Shown here in pieces: positions 33,181 through 43,415 of a stretch of DNA of 64,000 nt. Position 1 is the stretch's first letter. Each line of letters starts with the position of its first letter. The DNA lies in NCBI GenBank assembly GCA_017610175.1, contig JAFCCO010000001.1:32001-96000 (forward strand), read 5' to 3'. Source of the stretch: Candidatus Iainarchaeum sp. (lineage in GTDB: Archaea > Iainarchaeota > Iainarchaeia > Iainarchaeales > GCA-2688035). The notes below the pieces were generated by a model, which saw nothing but the letters and a program-made list of their open reading frames with translations, did not search any database and was not told where the DNA came from. The position numbers were made by a program, and so were the translations under genes.

Positions 33181-33453
33181 CTACTTTTTTGCCACAAAAA
33201 GGTTGCAGTGGCAGTGGCTCATGTCCTCTATTTCCTTCTGGTGGAAAATGCACGGGCAGATTATGTCCTTGTCCTTTTCCTTGTCACCGCTTAATGCCCT
33301 GCACGGGCAGTATAGCTCGCCGTTTGATTGCTTTTTCCAAAGCAAGCCGGTTATGATTGCATTTACAATCTTCTCATCAGGATTCATTGCAATGCCTGTT
33401 TCCTCGGCAAATTTTTCGCTCTTTTCAAGCAGTGCTTTTTCCTCATCACTCAT
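33181..33453 (-). CDS. ferredoxin:thioredoxin reductase catalytic subunit
   Basis: CPC...CPC...CHC. Confidence 0.9.
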   Translation of the reverse strand: MSDEEKALLEKSEKFAEETGIAMNPDEKIVNAIITGLLWKKQSNGELYCPCRALSGDKEKDKDIICPCIFHQKEIEDMSHCHCNLFVAKK

Positions 33454-33462
33454 AGTACCAAC

Positions 33463-33786
33463 TCACAAATTTTCGTCAAGCCACTTTTTTATGACTTCCC
33501 CGGGCCTTGCGCCTGTAAATCCGTTCACAACTTCCCCGTTCTTAATAAGTCTCACATCAGGGATTGGTGAAATTCCAAATTTTGCGCTTGTCTGCGGATT
33601 CTCGTCAACGTTCAGTTTTGCAAGCACAAATTTTCCATCGTAATCTTTTGCAATTTGCTCAAGAACCGACCCAAGCATTTTGCACGGTCCGCACCAGATG
33701 GCATAAAAGTCCACAAGAACAGGAATTTCCTTGCTTTTTTCCACAACTTCCTTTTCAAAATTTGCATCGTTTGCATTAACTTCCAT
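33463..33786 (-). CDS. trxA: thioredoxin
   Basis: WCGPC. Confidence 0.95.
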   Translation of the reverse strand: MEVNANDANFEKEVVEKSKEIPVLVDFYAIWCGPCKMLGSVLEQIAKDYDGKFVLAKLNVDENPQTSAKFGISPIPDVRLIKNGEVVNGFTGARPGEVIKKWLDENL

Positions 33787-33888
33787 CTGAATCAGCCTCA
33801 AACGCATTATATTTTCTTATGATATTAAAGGGCACAGCCAAATTTAAAAGACTTTATACCACTGGTTCATACTATTGGAGGGATTCAA

Positions 33889-34266
33889 TTGCATGACATA
33901 GCGGTAGTTCAAAGTTTTCTGGACGCAATAGTTGAAAAGGTTGAGGGAAGAAAAGTTGGCTCTGTAAAGGCAACACTTGCAATAGGGGCGCTTCGTTTTG
34001 TGGAGAACGAAAATGTAAAATTCTGGATGCAGGAAATGCTGAAGAAGGAATTTGGGGAATCCACGAAAACCGAGATTAAGGTTGAAACAATTCTCCCTTC
34101 AATAAAATGCGGCTGCGGTTTTGAGGGGGATGTGAAAGACTTTGAGGTCACGCACGACATGGCCCACCTTGGAATTTTTGAAATGCACTGTCCCAAATGC
34201 GGGGGAAAAAATTTTGAGATTACAAAGGGCAGGGACTGCGCCCTCACAAGTCTGGAGATTGAATGA
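33889..34266 (+). CDS. hypA: hydrogenase nickel chaperone HypA
   Basis: N-terminal MHD, CGC...CPKC, GRD. Confidence 0.85.
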   Translation: MHDIAVVQSFLDAIVEKVEGRKVGSVKATLAIGALRFVENENVKFWMQEMLKKEFGESTKTEIKVETILPSIKCGCGFEGDVKDFEVTHDMAHLGIFEMHCPKCGGKNFEITKGRDCALTSLEIE

Positions 34267-34706
34267 AGCTCATTCTCCTGGGGATTGGAAGCCCGCTTAA
34301 TGGGGACGACGGAATAGGCACACTTGTTGCCAAAAAGCTTGAGAAAAAGAAGTGGCTTAATTCAATCCCCTGCGAAACCGTTCCTGAAAATTTTGCAGGG
34401 GTTATCCGAAGGGAATTGCCGGACATTGTGATTCTTGTTGATGCCGCAGAAATGGGCCTTGAATCCGGCCAGTTAAGGCTTGTTCCAAAAGAAAAACTGA
34501 ATTCTATTGCAATGGGCACGCATGGAATTCCACTGAAACATCTTGTTTCAGAGCTTGAGGAAAGCGCAAAGCAGGTAATTTTTATAGGGGTGCAGCCTGA
34601 AACAGTTCGCTTTGGGGAAAGGCTTTCCCCTGCCGTTAAAAAAAGCGGGCAGAAGCTTGTTGAAATAATAAAGCAAAGGGGCTGGAGTCAAATTGAAAAG
34701 CTTTAG
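34263..34706 (+). CDS. hycI: hydrogenase maturation endopeptidase (HycI-like)
   Basis: GIG...GDDG.G, PEN, VDA, THGIPL, GVQP. Confidence 0.9.
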   Translation: MKLILLGIGSPLNGDDGIGTLVAKKLEKKKWLNSIPCETVPENFAGVIRRELPDIVILVDAAEMGLESGQLRLVPKEKLNSIAMGTHGIPLKHLVSELEESAKQVIFIGVQPETVRFGERLSPAVKKSGQKLVEIIKQRGWSQIEKL

Positions 34707-35080
34707 TCCCGTTTGTAGTCTGCAATCAGAAACTCGTTGCTCAGAGTAAGCGCGTTAACCGGGCAGACATCAACACACTGTGCGCAGAAAGTGCATCTTG
34801 AGCAGATGTATTTGATTTTTCTTTCCTTTTCCTGAAACACCACTGCCGCTGCAGGGCATACTTTAATGCAGAGTTTGCAGCCAATGCATTTGTTTCGGTC
34901 GTAGTCTATTTTTCCCCTGAATTTTTCAGGAACCGGAATGGGGGGATTAAGCCGTGCCTTGCCTTTGCTGACTTTTTCAAGAAGTTTCAGCACTGATTTT
35001 GGAGCGTGTTTTGCCGGAAACTCGTTTGTGGCGGGTTTTTTGAAAAGCTGCCTCAAAAGCTCTTTTGCCATTTCAAACAT
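34703..35080 (-). CDS. mbhN: Mbh subunit N, 2x[4Fe-4S]
   Basis: CIGCKLCIKVCP and CTFCAQCVDVCP. Confidence 0.9.
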   Translation of the reverse strand: MFEMAKELLRQLFKKPATNEFPAKHAPKSVLKLLEKVSKGKARLNPPIPVPEKFRGKIDYDRNKCIGCKLCIKVCPAAAVVFQEKERKIKYICSRCTFCAQCVDVCPVNALTLSNEFLIADYKRD

Positions 35081-36073
35081 TTATACCCCTCCCAGCAAAA
35101 CATCCGCAGTAACCAAAGCAAGCCCCAACAGAGCAATTGCCGTTGTATGCCCCAGGTATACTTTTACAATCTGTGTTATGCGGAATCTTGCAATCGCAAC
35201 CCTTGCAAATGTTGTTCCAACAAAAACAACCGCAATAACTTTCAGAATGTAGAAAACTATTTCAGCGGCAATGGATTCATTGCCTGCAAAGCCAAACAAG
35301 GGGCCTATGCTGAATGGCAGGAATATTGCGGTTATTATTGAGGCCATTGCAACTGTTTTAACCGCGTCCGTAAGGTAGAACAGCGCAAGGTTTGTTCCGG
35401 AGTACTCCACAAGCAGCCCCCCTGCAATTTCGGTTTCCGCTTCTGCGCTGTCAAACGGGATTTTCGCAAGCTCCCCGGGCATTACAAAGAGCAATGCAAT
35501 AAAAAGCAGCAAAAGCCCAACAAGCCCAATCGGGCCAACAAGTGCCCAGACGTTTGCAGTCGCTATTGTGTAAAGTGAGAACGATGCGGCATGCCCGGCG
35601 CTTGAAACAAGCCACGCCGTTGTAACCGCTGTTATTGCAAGCGGAAACTCGTAGGACATCATTGTAACCATTTCCCTCTGGGCTCCGACTGTTGCATAGG
35701 GTGAGCCGGAAGCAAAACCCCCTATCACCATTGCAAGGGATGGAAATATCAGGATATAAAGTACGAGAACAAGGTCCCCACTGCCCTCAAGCAGGGGAGG
35801 AAAGCCCGCAATTGGCAGGTATAAAATGACCAAGAGTGCGCTTGCAAGTGCAATTACAGGCATTAAATTGAAAATCAGCGGAACAGAGTTTCTTGGAACT
35901 ATGTTTTCCTTCATCAGCAGCTTTTTTATATCGGTGAACGGCTGTGTTACAGGGGGGCCGATTCTTGCCTGCATTCTTGCGGCAACAATTCTGTCAATTC
36001 CCTTTAGCACTAGCCCAAACACAATTGCCGCTGCCGCAATCAAAGGGATAAGTGCCATTGCCCAGATGTTCAC
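35081..36073 (-). CDS. mbhM: Mbh subunit M (NuoH-like)
   Basis: RMQARIGPP, PFD..EAETEI..G...EYSG. Confidence 0.92.
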   Translation of the reverse strand: MNIWAMALIPLIAAAAIVFGLVLKGIDRIVAARMQARIGPPVTQPFTDIKKLLMKENIVPRNSVPLIFNLMPVIALASALLVILYLPIAGFPPLLEGSGDLVLVLYILIFPSLAMVIGGFASGSPYATVGAQREMVTMMSYEFPLAITAVTTAWLVSSAGHAASFSLYTIATANVWALVGPIGLVGLLLLFIALLFVMPGELAKIPFDSAEAETEIAGGLLVEYSGTNLALFYLTDAVKTVAMASIITAIFLPFSIGPLFGFAGNESIAAEIVFYILKVIAVVFVGTTFARVAIARFRITQIVKVYLGHTTAIALLGLALVTADVLLGGV

Positions 36074-37305
36074 GCAAGTTGCCCCCTGATATTTTCCGTT
36101 TTTTCAACCGACAGCCTGTGCAGCATGTCGTGGTTCAGAACATTTTCGTTGTTTTCAGCAACCACTGCTCGGTTGCAGCAGGACATGCAGGGGTCAATTG
36201 AGGCGGCAATTATTGGAATGTCCGCGACCTGCTCGCCTTCAAGCATTGGAATCCACGGCAAAAGATTGCTGTAGGTGGGGGGCTTTACTTTCCAGGAGTA
36301 GGGCGATTCCTCCCCCACAAGCTTTACATAGTGGAACACTTCGCCGCGCGGGGCTTCAAGCCGCCCTGTGGCTTCGCCATGCACTCCCTTAAGCTGTGCA
36401 AGAAGTTTTATCGGCTTTTCTTCGTAAACGATTTTTCCCCCCGGCATGTTTTTTACACAGAATTCAAGTATGTCCGCCGACTGCGCAACCTCAAGAAGCC
36501 TCACAACTATGCGGTCGAAAACATCTCCCTTAATTTCCCCTGTAAGCTGGTCAGGGGTAATGGCCTTTAATCCAAAATCAGGGTATGCGGCATATGGCTC
36601 GTCCTGCCTTACATCGCGGGCGATTCCAGAAGCCCTTGCGGTTGGGCCCACAGCGCAAAGGGTTAATGCGTCCTTTTTTGTGAGAACTCCAATATCCTTT
36701 GTCCTTGATTTTATGACAGGGTCATCGAGGAAAATTGCCTTGAGTTTTCCAAAAACCGACCTGTAGTATTCAACCGCTTCAATAATTTTTGCGTGGTTTT
36801 TTTCCTCAAAGTCACGCCGCACCCCTCCTATTGTTGGGATTCCCTTTGTTATGCGGTTTCCTGAAAGCAGTTCAATTACATCAAGCACTTTTTCTCGCGC
36901 TTTCCAGGTATAATGCATTGCCGAGTCAAATCCAAGCTCGTGTGCTGCAACTCCTGCCCAAAGCAAATGTGAGTGAATTCTTTCAAGTTCTGCACCCATT
37001 GTCCTGACATACTGTGCGCGTGCGGGAACCTCTATTCCTGCAATTTTTTCAACCGCTGTGCAGAACGATATCGTATGGCAGATGTTGCAGATTCCACAAA
37101 TTCTTTCAGCAAGGTAAAGAATCTGAATAGGGTTTCTTCTTGTTGCAATCCACTCTATTCCGCGGTGCGCCTGGCTTAGTTCAAAGTCCACGCTCTTTAT
37201 TTTTTCCCCCGCAATCAGGCAGTTCAACTGAATCGGTTCTTTTAACGCAGGGTGAACAGGGCCAACCGAAATTTTGAAACTGTTTTTGTCTCTGCTGAGC
37301 CTCAT
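36070..37305 (-). CDS. mbhL: Mbh catalytic [NiFe] large subunit
   Basis: L1 ERICGIC, L2 DPCMSC..R plus C-terminal extension; EAPRGE. Confidence 0.93.
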   Translation of the reverse strand: MRLSRDKNSFKISVGPVHPALKEPIQLNCLIAGEKIKSVDFELSQAHRGIEWIATRRNPIQILYLAERICGICNICHTISFCTAVEKIAGIEVPARAQYVRTMGAELERIHSHLLWAGVAAHELGFDSAMHYTWKAREKVLDVIELLSGNRITKGIPTIGGVRRDFEEKNHAKIIEAVEYYRSVFGKLKAIFLDDPVIKSRTKDIGVLTKKDALTLCAVGPTARASGIARDVRQDEPYAAYPDFGLKAITPDQLTGEIKGDVFDRIVVRLLEVAQSADILEFCVKNMPGGKIVYEEKPIKLLAQLKGVHGEATGRLEAPRGEVFHYVKLVGEESPYSWKVKPPTYSNLLPWIPMLEGEQVADIPIIAASIDPCMSCCNRAVVAENNENVLNHDMLHRLSVEKTENIRGQLA

Positions 37306-37826
37306 TTTTTCACCCTATGCAGGTCGCGCACCATGTTTCCAACCCCTGTTTTGTCCCTTCTCCAGGGGAACTTTTTCTTTGGAAAGTTTTTGGGAAGGAA
37401 AAGTCTTCTTCCATCCGGAATTCCCTCGACCTTCACCCCAAGCATTTCCTGAGTTTCCCGTTCTGAAACAAGGGCTCCGAGAATGAAATCGGTTATTGTT
37501 GGAATGGCCGGCTTTTCAGAGGAAAGAACAATTTTAACATTTACTGCAAGTTCAGAAAACTGTTTTGCGTAATTGAGTGAAAAGTGGTAAATGAGCTCTA
37601 TTGAGCTGCCAACCTGGTATCCTGAAATGACCACAAAATGGGGGGCAGGGTGCAGTATGCAGAGTTCCCTTACAAACGGCCTTAGCCCTTCTTTTTCAAT
37701 TGTTAGCCACACACTTGGGATTGTGTATTTTTTCTTTGCCTTGTGCACTGCATTGTCTATGCGTACCTCTTTAATTTTTGAGCCAAGCTTTTTCTGCATA
37801 GCCCTAACAAGGTTTTTAGCATTCAT
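37302..37826 (-). CDS. mbhK: Mbh subunit K (NuoC-like)
   Basis: LIYHF, ERETQEMLG, RLFLP. Confidence 0.88.
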   Translation of the reverse strand: MNAKNLVRAMQKKLGSKIKEVRIDNAVHKAKKKYTIPSVWLTIEKEGLRPFVRELCILHPAPHFVVISGYQVGSSIELIYHFSLNYAKQFSELAVNVKIVLSSEKPAIPTITDFILGALVSERETQEMLGVKVEGIPDGRRLFLPKNFPKKKFPWRRDKTGVGNMVRDLHRVKK

Positions 37827-38251
37827 TTCCCCGCCTCCTTTTTCTCAAGTTTTGCCCATGCCTTTACAACCCCGTTGATTATTGCCTCCGGGCGGGGGGG
37901 GCATCCCCTTACATAAACGTCAACCGGAATAATGTTGTCAATCGGGCCGTCAAGGCAGTATGATTCATAAAAAACCCCTCCGGTCGCCCCGCAGTTTCCC
38001 ACAGCTATTACAACCTTTGGGTCGGGGGTTTGTTCATAAACGCGCTTTAGCTTTGCACTCATGTCCATTGTAACAGGTCCCGTAACCAGAAGCACATCTG
38101 CGTGCCTTGGGCTGCCGACAAGCTTCATTCCAAACCGTTCAATGTCATAGCGGGGCATAAGCGCGGCAACAATTTCTATGTCACACCCGTTGCACGAGCC
38201 TGTGTTCACATGAAACACCCAAAGTGACCTGTTCAAATTGCTTATGCCCAA
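37823..38251 (-). CDS. mbhJ: Mbh small subunit J (NuoB-like)
   Basis: SCNGCDIE, SPRHAD, GNC, GCPPRP. Confidence 0.93.
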   Translation of the reverse strand: MGISNLNRSLWVFHVNTGSCNGCDIEIVAALMPRYDIERFGMKLVGSPRHADVLLVTGPVTMDMSAKLKRVYEQTPDPKVVIAVGNCGATGGVFYESYCLDGPIDNIIPVDVYVRGCPPRPEAIINGVVKAWAKLEKKEAGK

Positions 38252-38583
38252 ACCAATTCCCCCGCAAACACCGCAATCAGCAAAACAACTATTGCCAAAA
38301 CAAACAGGTAAACATAGTCGTTTACCAGTCCTGAATGAAGCCTTTCAAGAAACGCATAATAACCCTTCAGTGACTCAAAAAAGCCCCAGTAAAGATTTCC
38401 AGCCTTTATCGGGCTTTCGGGCACAACATCGCCTGAAAAGAAAGGTTTTGTTTTGTCCCCCCTGTTTTTGAAACCACTTTTCCCAAAAGACCTTATTACC
38501 AAAACAAATGCAACAATAATTGTAACCGCCACAGCCCAGATTAGGGGGTCCCAAACCCCTGCCGCGCTTTCAATCAAAGCCAT
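38242..38583 (-). CDS. mbhI: Mbh subunit I
   Basis: KPFFSG, YWGF, HSG.VNDY; operon position. Confidence 0.85.
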   Translation of the reverse strand: MALIESAAGVWDPLIWAVAVTIIVAFVLVIRSFGKSGFKNRGDKTKPFFSGDVVPESPIKAGNLYWGFFESLKGYYAFLERLHSGLVNDYVYLFVLAIVVLLIAVFAGELVWA

Positions 38584-40115
38584 CAGAGAACGCTCCCTGT
38601 GTATGCCGTCTGGTTAAGAAGTGCGCCGGCGGCGGGTTTTACAATTGCTTCAAGAACTATTTCTGGGAACAGCCCAAACAAAATTATTGCAATTGCAATC
38701 AATGCCATCGGGGCAAGAACAATTAAGGGGACCTCTTTCACGTTTGTTTTAACCTCGTTTCCAAGGAATACCGCATAAAACACTTTTACAAAAGACGCAA
38801 GTGTCATAATACTTACAAGCATTGCTATTGCCGACAAAATCGGGCTGAACAGAAAAACCGATTCATACAGCAGGAATTTGGACGCAAATCCGTTAAAGGG
38901 AGGAAGGCCTGCAATCGCAAGCGCCCCGATAACAAAGAACGCGGCGGTCCACGGCATTTTTTTTGCAAGCCCGCCCATTTCATTCAGGTTTCTTGTCCCA
39001 AGTCTGTAAATCACAGCCCCTGCCGTTAGGAAAAGAAGGCTTTTGTAAAGGGTGTGGTTGATTACGTGGAACAGGCTTCCCTCGATTGCCTTGATTCCGA
39101 AAGCGGTTAATGCAGCGGGGTTGTTTATTACCGCAAGGCACACTCCGGCCCCAAGAAGCATGTAACCGGTTTGCGAAACAGCGTGGTAGGCCATAAGCCT
39201 CTTAATGTCCTTTTGCATTATTGCCATTGACACCCCGACAAACATTGAGAGCACTCCGAATACAATTAATGCCCAGGCAATTGTTTCAATCAAAGGCGCT
39301 TTTCCAAAGAGAATGAATGAAATTCTGAACAATGCGTAAAGGCTTGCCTGGCTTGCAACAACAAGCATTGCCGAAACCGAAGCAGGAGCCTCGCCATATG
39401 CATCCGAAACCCACATGTGAAGCGGTATTGCCCCGCATTTCATGGCAAGTGCTGCGGTAAGCAGCACAAGTGCAATCTTGTCAAGGAAAGTGAATTTAAG
39501 CACCCCTGCAAGCGCCGCAAGGTTAAGCAAGTTATACTGCCCGTAAAACAGTCCCGCCGAAAGCAGAATCATCAATGCGGCAATCGAGCTCACAACCAGG
39601 TATTTGAATGCCGCCTCATAAGGCTGGCCTCTTCCGGAATAGAATGCTATTAGTGCCGCGGACGAGATTGTAAGCAATTCGATAAAAACAAACAGGCTGA
39701 AGATGTCGCCTGTAAAAACCATCCCAAGCATTCCCGCAACCATCAGAAGTGCGGCCGCAAAAAATTTGCTTCCGTCTTTCACAAACTTTATTGAATAAAT
39801 TATTGCAAGCAGTGCAATTGTTGCGGACGCAATTGCGAAAAGCGCCGAGAGCGCGTCGATTTCAAGAATTATCCTTACCGGAAAGCCCGCTGCCGCCACA
39901 TTGTCCGGTGAAACAGCGCCCAGTGCGTAAGTTATTGTCTTGCCTGAAAAAGCCTGTGCCGCAAGGCTTAGGACAAGCAATTCCGTAAATGCAAGCGCCG
40001 CAACGGACAGCGCTTTTGGAAGCCTTTTGCACACCCTTGATGCAATTGGCATCGCAAAAGCAGCAAGCAGGGGTATTGCAATCGCAAGGGCGGGAGCATG
40101 CGCTAATAGGTTCAT
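38583..40115 (-). CDS. mbhH: Mbh subunit H (MrpD/NuoN-like antiporter)
   Basis: many TM helices; PLHMW..DAY, KRLMAY, GLPPFNGF. Confidence 0.92.
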   Translation of the reverse strand: MNLLAHAPALAIAIPLLAAFAMPIASRVCKRLPKALSVAALAFTELLVLSLAAQAFSGKTITYALGAVSPDNVAAAGFPVRIILEIDALSALFAIASATIALLAIIYSIKFVKDGSKFFAAALLMVAGMLGMVFTGDIFSLFVFIELLTISSAALIAFYSGRGQPYEAAFKYLVVSSIAALMILLSAGLFYGQYNLLNLAALAGVLKFTFLDKIALVLLTAALAMKCGAIPLHMWVSDAYGEAPASVSAMLVVASQASLYALFRISFILFGKAPLIETIAWALIVFGVLSMFVGVSMAIMQKDIKRLMAYHAVSQTGYMLLGAGVCLAVINNPAALTAFGIKAIEGSLFHVINHTLYKSLLFLTAGAVIYRLGTRNLNEMGGLAKKMPWTAAFFVIGALAIAGLPPFNGFASKFLLYESVFLFSPILSAIAMLVSIMTLASFVKVFYAVFLGNEVKTNVKEVPLIVLAPMALIAIAIILFGLFPEIVLEAIVKPAAGALLNQTAYTGSVL

Positions 40116-40450
40116 TTCTTAAGCCTCCTTTCCCTGCTGTCCAGTGTGCCGTAATGCTGGTAGATTTTCATTGCAAACGAAAGCATCATCGCAACAATTG
40201 CAAGGTTAATTACAATTGAGGTAAGGGTCAGGGCCTGGGGGGTGGGCATAACCATTGCAAGCGAGGGGGCGTTTGTAAAAATTGGTGCGATCGAGTTTTC
40301 CCTGTACCCTGTTCCTACAAGAAAAAGGTTTACTCCGCTTCCAACAACACTCACCGCCATGACTATTTTTATCAGGTTGCGCCTTGTCATCGCCGCGTAA
40401 AGCCCCACCGTTATTAGCATTGCCGCCGCCACAAATACAAGGTTGCTCAT
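40112..40450 (-). CDS. mbhG: Mbh subunit G (MrpC-like)
   Basis: NLIK, PQALTLTSIVI, YGTLD. Confidence 0.9.
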   Translation of the reverse strand: MSNLVFVAAAMLITVGLYAAMTRRNLIKIVMAVSVVGSGVNLFLVGTGYRENSIAPIFTNAPSLAMVMPTPQALTLTSIVINLAIVAMMLSFAMKIYQHYGTLDSRERRLKK

Positions 40451-40905
40451 TTGCTCACCTCTGCGGTGAACATTGTTATTGCGATTAAGGAAATTGCCGC
40501 AAACACCTCAAGCCCAACCGCCATGTTCATAAGTGGAATAAGCCCCGCTGTTCCAAGCCATCCGGGATTTGGGCCGAAGGCGACCGCATTTCCAAAGAAC
40601 AGCCCCTGGCCCACAAGAAAATTGTTGAAAAAGCTTTTTCCAATCCCCATGATTGCAAGGCCCACAAACCCAACAAGCCCAAGGCTTTCCGCCATTGAAA
40701 GTCTTTCTTTGCCGATTGCCTTAACCCAGCTTGTCCCAAAACTTATCAGGAGAAGGGCGGTCATTGTCGCAATTATTGCGCCCCCCGGAAAGCCGCCTCC
40801 GGGTGTAAGGTGCCCGTGCGCAATTACATACAATCCAAAAACCGTGATTGGGACAAGTGCCACTGCGGCAACGTTTTTGACAATTGGTGAAAGCCCCTTG
40901 TTCAT
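40447..40905 (-). CDS. mbhF: Mbh subunit F (MrpB-like)
   Basis: HGHLTPGGGFPGG. Confidence 0.9.
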   Translation of the reverse strand: MNKGLSPIVKNVAAVALVPITVFGLYVIAHGHLTPGGGFPGGAIIATMTALLLISFGTSWVKAIGKERLSMAESLGLVGFVGLAIMGIGKSFFNNFLVGQGLFFGNAVAFGPNPGWLGTAGLIPLMNMAVGLEVFAAISLIAITMFTAEVSK

Positions 40906-41171
40906 TTCTTGCCGCCCCCCAGTGCGATAAAGACCCCTGTTGCTGCTGCAAACAGAACACTTGCTTCCACAAGAGTGTCCATTCCCCTGTAATCAAAAAC
41001 TATTGCCGCAACTATATTATTGCTTCCTGTTTCTTCCTGCCCGTGTGCGATGAAAAAATCATCCATTTTTGTTTCGCTTGGCTTTCCAGCAGGGTGTATT
41101 GAGAAAGACATTGCCAAAAGGAAAACGAAAAGGATTGCGGCTACAATCGGTTTTGATTTATTTCTTTCCAT
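40902..41171 (-). CDS. mbhE: Mbh subunit E
   Basis: NIVAAIVFDYRGMDTLVE. Confidence 0.88.
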   Translation of the reverse strand: MERNKSKPIVAAILFVFLLAMSFSIHPAGKPSETKMDDFFIAHGQEETGSNNIVAAIVFDYRGMDTLVEASVLFAAATGVFIALGGGKK

Positions 41172-41412
41172 TTTCCCACCTTTCTGTTTTTGTTATTGCA
41201 ACTATAAAAATTGCCGTTGAAAGCCCGGCTCCAATTGCAGCCTCTGCAATTGCAACATCCGGGGCCTGCAGCAAGTAAAATTCTGTTGAAAGAAGCAGGC
41301 TTGTTGCCGCAAGAAAAATTGCCGATGCGACAAGGTCCGTATTTTTGAGTGCAAAGAAAGCGCTTGCAACTATTCCCACAAGCAAAATAACCTGTATTGA
41401 TTCAAAAATCAT
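41158..41412 (-). CDS. mbhD: Mbh subunit D
   Basis: APDVAIAEAAIG. Confidence 0.88.
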   Translation of the reverse strand: MIFESIQVILLVGIVASAFFALKNTDLVASAIFLAATSLLLSTEFYLLQAPDVAIAEAAIGAGLSTAIFIVAITKTERWENGKK

Positions 41413-41756
41413 ATCCTCACTCCCTTAAGTTTGTCTACAACCGCCAGTGCCGGCTTTATCCCACTTCTGTAGGCGGCTCTTGCTATTGCATGTGCCCCTG
41501 TTGGATTTGTTAAGAGCAGCAAAAGCATTACAAGAAGGGTGTGCAGTGAAAGTTGCATTCCCTGCGTGTTTCCTTCAAAAAATTGTATTGCTCCAATTAT
41601 GATTACTGCGAGGTAAATGAATATTGACCCAAAGGTTGTGCACTTTGTTGCGCCGTGGAGCCTTGTGTACACATCCGGAAAACGGTGCAGTGCGACAACC
41701 CCGAATGTTTGGAATATCAGGCCGATTGCAAGAGACAGATATGCAAGTTCAATCAT
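41409..41756 (-). CDS. mbhC: Mbh subunit C (MrpG-like)
   Basis: RFPDVYTRLHGATK, P.GAHAIARA. Confidence 0.9.
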   Translation of the reverse strand: MIELAYLSLAIGLIFQTFGVVALHRFPDVYTRLHGATKCTTFGSIFIYLAVIIIGAIQFFEGNTQGMQLSLHTLLVMLLLLLTNPTGAHAIARAAYRSGIKPALAVVDKLKGVRI

Positions 41757-42019
41757 CCCTTTTCCTCCATGTATTTTGAAATGAAAAGTGTTGAAACAAA
41801 TGTAAGCATTGCGTAAATTATTGCAACGTCTATGAAAATTATCTGGTTGAAAGCGGTTCCAAGCACAACAAGGGCTGCGGCTATAACTGTGTTGGTTGTG
41901 TCAAGTGCGACCGCACGGTCCGCTGTTGTGGGCCCAAGTGCAAGCCGTGCAATGCATATTATTGCAAGAACCGCAAGAATTGCTGCTGTAAAAAATAAGG
42001 TTATTCCCATTTCAATCAT
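41753..42019 (-). CDS. mbhB: Mbh subunit B (MrpF-like)
   Basis: GPTTADRAVALD. Confidence 0.9.
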   Translation of the reverse strand: MIEMGITLFFTAAILAVLAIICIARLALGPTTADRAVALDTTNTVIAAALVVLGTAFNQIIFIDVAIIYAMLTFVSTLFISKYMEEKG

Positions 42020-42525
42020 TCGGCAATTCTCCTAATCCAGTCCGGAAAGTTGGAGCATATGTCTCCGCAGTCCGGTTCCTTTTTCTTTACATAAATCCAG
42101 TGCACGTAAAGATTCTTTTTGTCGTCAACGTCAACTGTTAGCGTGCCAGGTGTTAATGTTATTGAGTTTGCAAGAAGGGTTGTTCCAAAATTTGTTTTAA
42201 GCCCTGACGGGATTTTCACAATTCCTGGTTTTATTTTTCCGGTTAGGACCCTGTAAGCAACATCCAGATTGGCTTTTGCCATTTCAACAAAAAGGGGACC
42301 TGCCACATATGCAATCAGCAAAACCCATCTTTTGGGGCTTAGGAAAGATTTGTTTGGCTTTAGTCCAACCGCATTAAAGATTCTTGACACAAGGGCGGCG
42401 GAAATTACCGCAAAAAGCAGTGCAAATACAAGTTCTTCGCCGGACCAAAGGCCGAGGTTTCCTGAACCCGCACTTAAGGCAAGATAAAAAAGAAATGAAA
42501 ACACAACAGTTATTTTAAAAGACAA
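42016..42525 (-). CDS. mbhA: Mbh subunit A (MrpE-like)
   Basis: ANSITLTPGTLT, LYVHW; TTG start. Confidence 0.9.
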   Translation of the reverse strand: MSFKITVVFSFLFYLALSAGSGNLGLWSGEELVFALLFAVISAALVSRIFNAVGLKPNKSFLSPKRWVLLIAYVAGPLFVEMAKANLDVAYRVLTGKIKPGIVKIPSGLKTNFGTTLLANSITLTPGTLTVDVDDKKNLYVHWIYVKKKEPDCGDICSNFPDWIRRIAE

Positions 42526-42592
42526 GAAATTCCACCCTACCCCAGATTGACTTAATACAATTAATCTTTAAAATGCCTGCCTTCTCTGCGAT

Positions 42593-43332
42593 TCACTCTC
42601 CGAATGCAAGTTTCAGTGCGAGCATGAACCCAATTCCAAAAAGGAAGAATATAAAGTAACCAATTGTCTTGTGAATGTTGTTTTCACGGTGGAATTCTGG
42701 AACAAGGTCTGAGGCTGAAATGTAAATGAATCCTCCCGCCGCAAATGGAAGCAGGATTTGGGAAAAACCCATTGCTTCGGAAAAGAAGAATCCAACCAGG
42801 CCCCCATAATGCATGTTGTCTGCGAGAGAAAATTGTAGAAAAGCGCTTTTTTTCTTGAAAACCCGCCGTGAATTAACACACCAAAATCTCCAAGTTCCTG
42901 CGGGAGCTCGTGGCCCATAATAAGCAAAGTGGTAATAATGCCAAAGTTTGTGTTTACCAAAAAGCTTGCCGCAATAATCAGCCCGTCAATAAAATTGTGC
43001 AGCCCGTCACCAATTAGGATGAGCGGTGTTACGGGGTGTGAGCAGTTGCCGTTATGGCAGTGGTGCCAGTGCAGCAGCTTTTCAACCAAGAAGAATGCTA
43101 TGAATCCGACAAGCACTACGGAAAAAACAAGTGTTGTGTCCGCAAAGATTTCAATTGATTCGGCGATAAGGTGAAAAAAAGCCCCGCTGAGCAATGCCCC
43201 TGCAGAAAAGCCGACGAGAGCAAAAATTATTTGTCCAAGCCTTTTCCTGCTCATGGAAAGAGTGAATGCTCCCGCAAGCGCAAGCAGGCTGTTTACAATT
43301 GTTGCTGCCAAAATCCATTCAAGGGGCTCCAT
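42593..43332 (-). pseudogene. ZIP family metal transporter, frameshifted at a G5 run (42801-42805)
   Basis: HNFIDG and HELPQE in one frame; AAGGFIYISASDLVPE in another; adding one G restores IMGGLVG. Confidence 0.8.
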
Positions 43333-43415
43333 TCAAATCACTTTTTTTTGCTACAAATAATATTACTTTTCTTAATTTAAAGGATTTGTCCCTTCCCTGT
43401 TAAATTATGTATAAG

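Noticed and set aside
36070-37305. Mbs/Mbx or complex I-like subunit rather than a hydrogenase
   Set aside because: All four Ni-binding cysteines, a cleavable C-terminal extension, hycI and hypA are present
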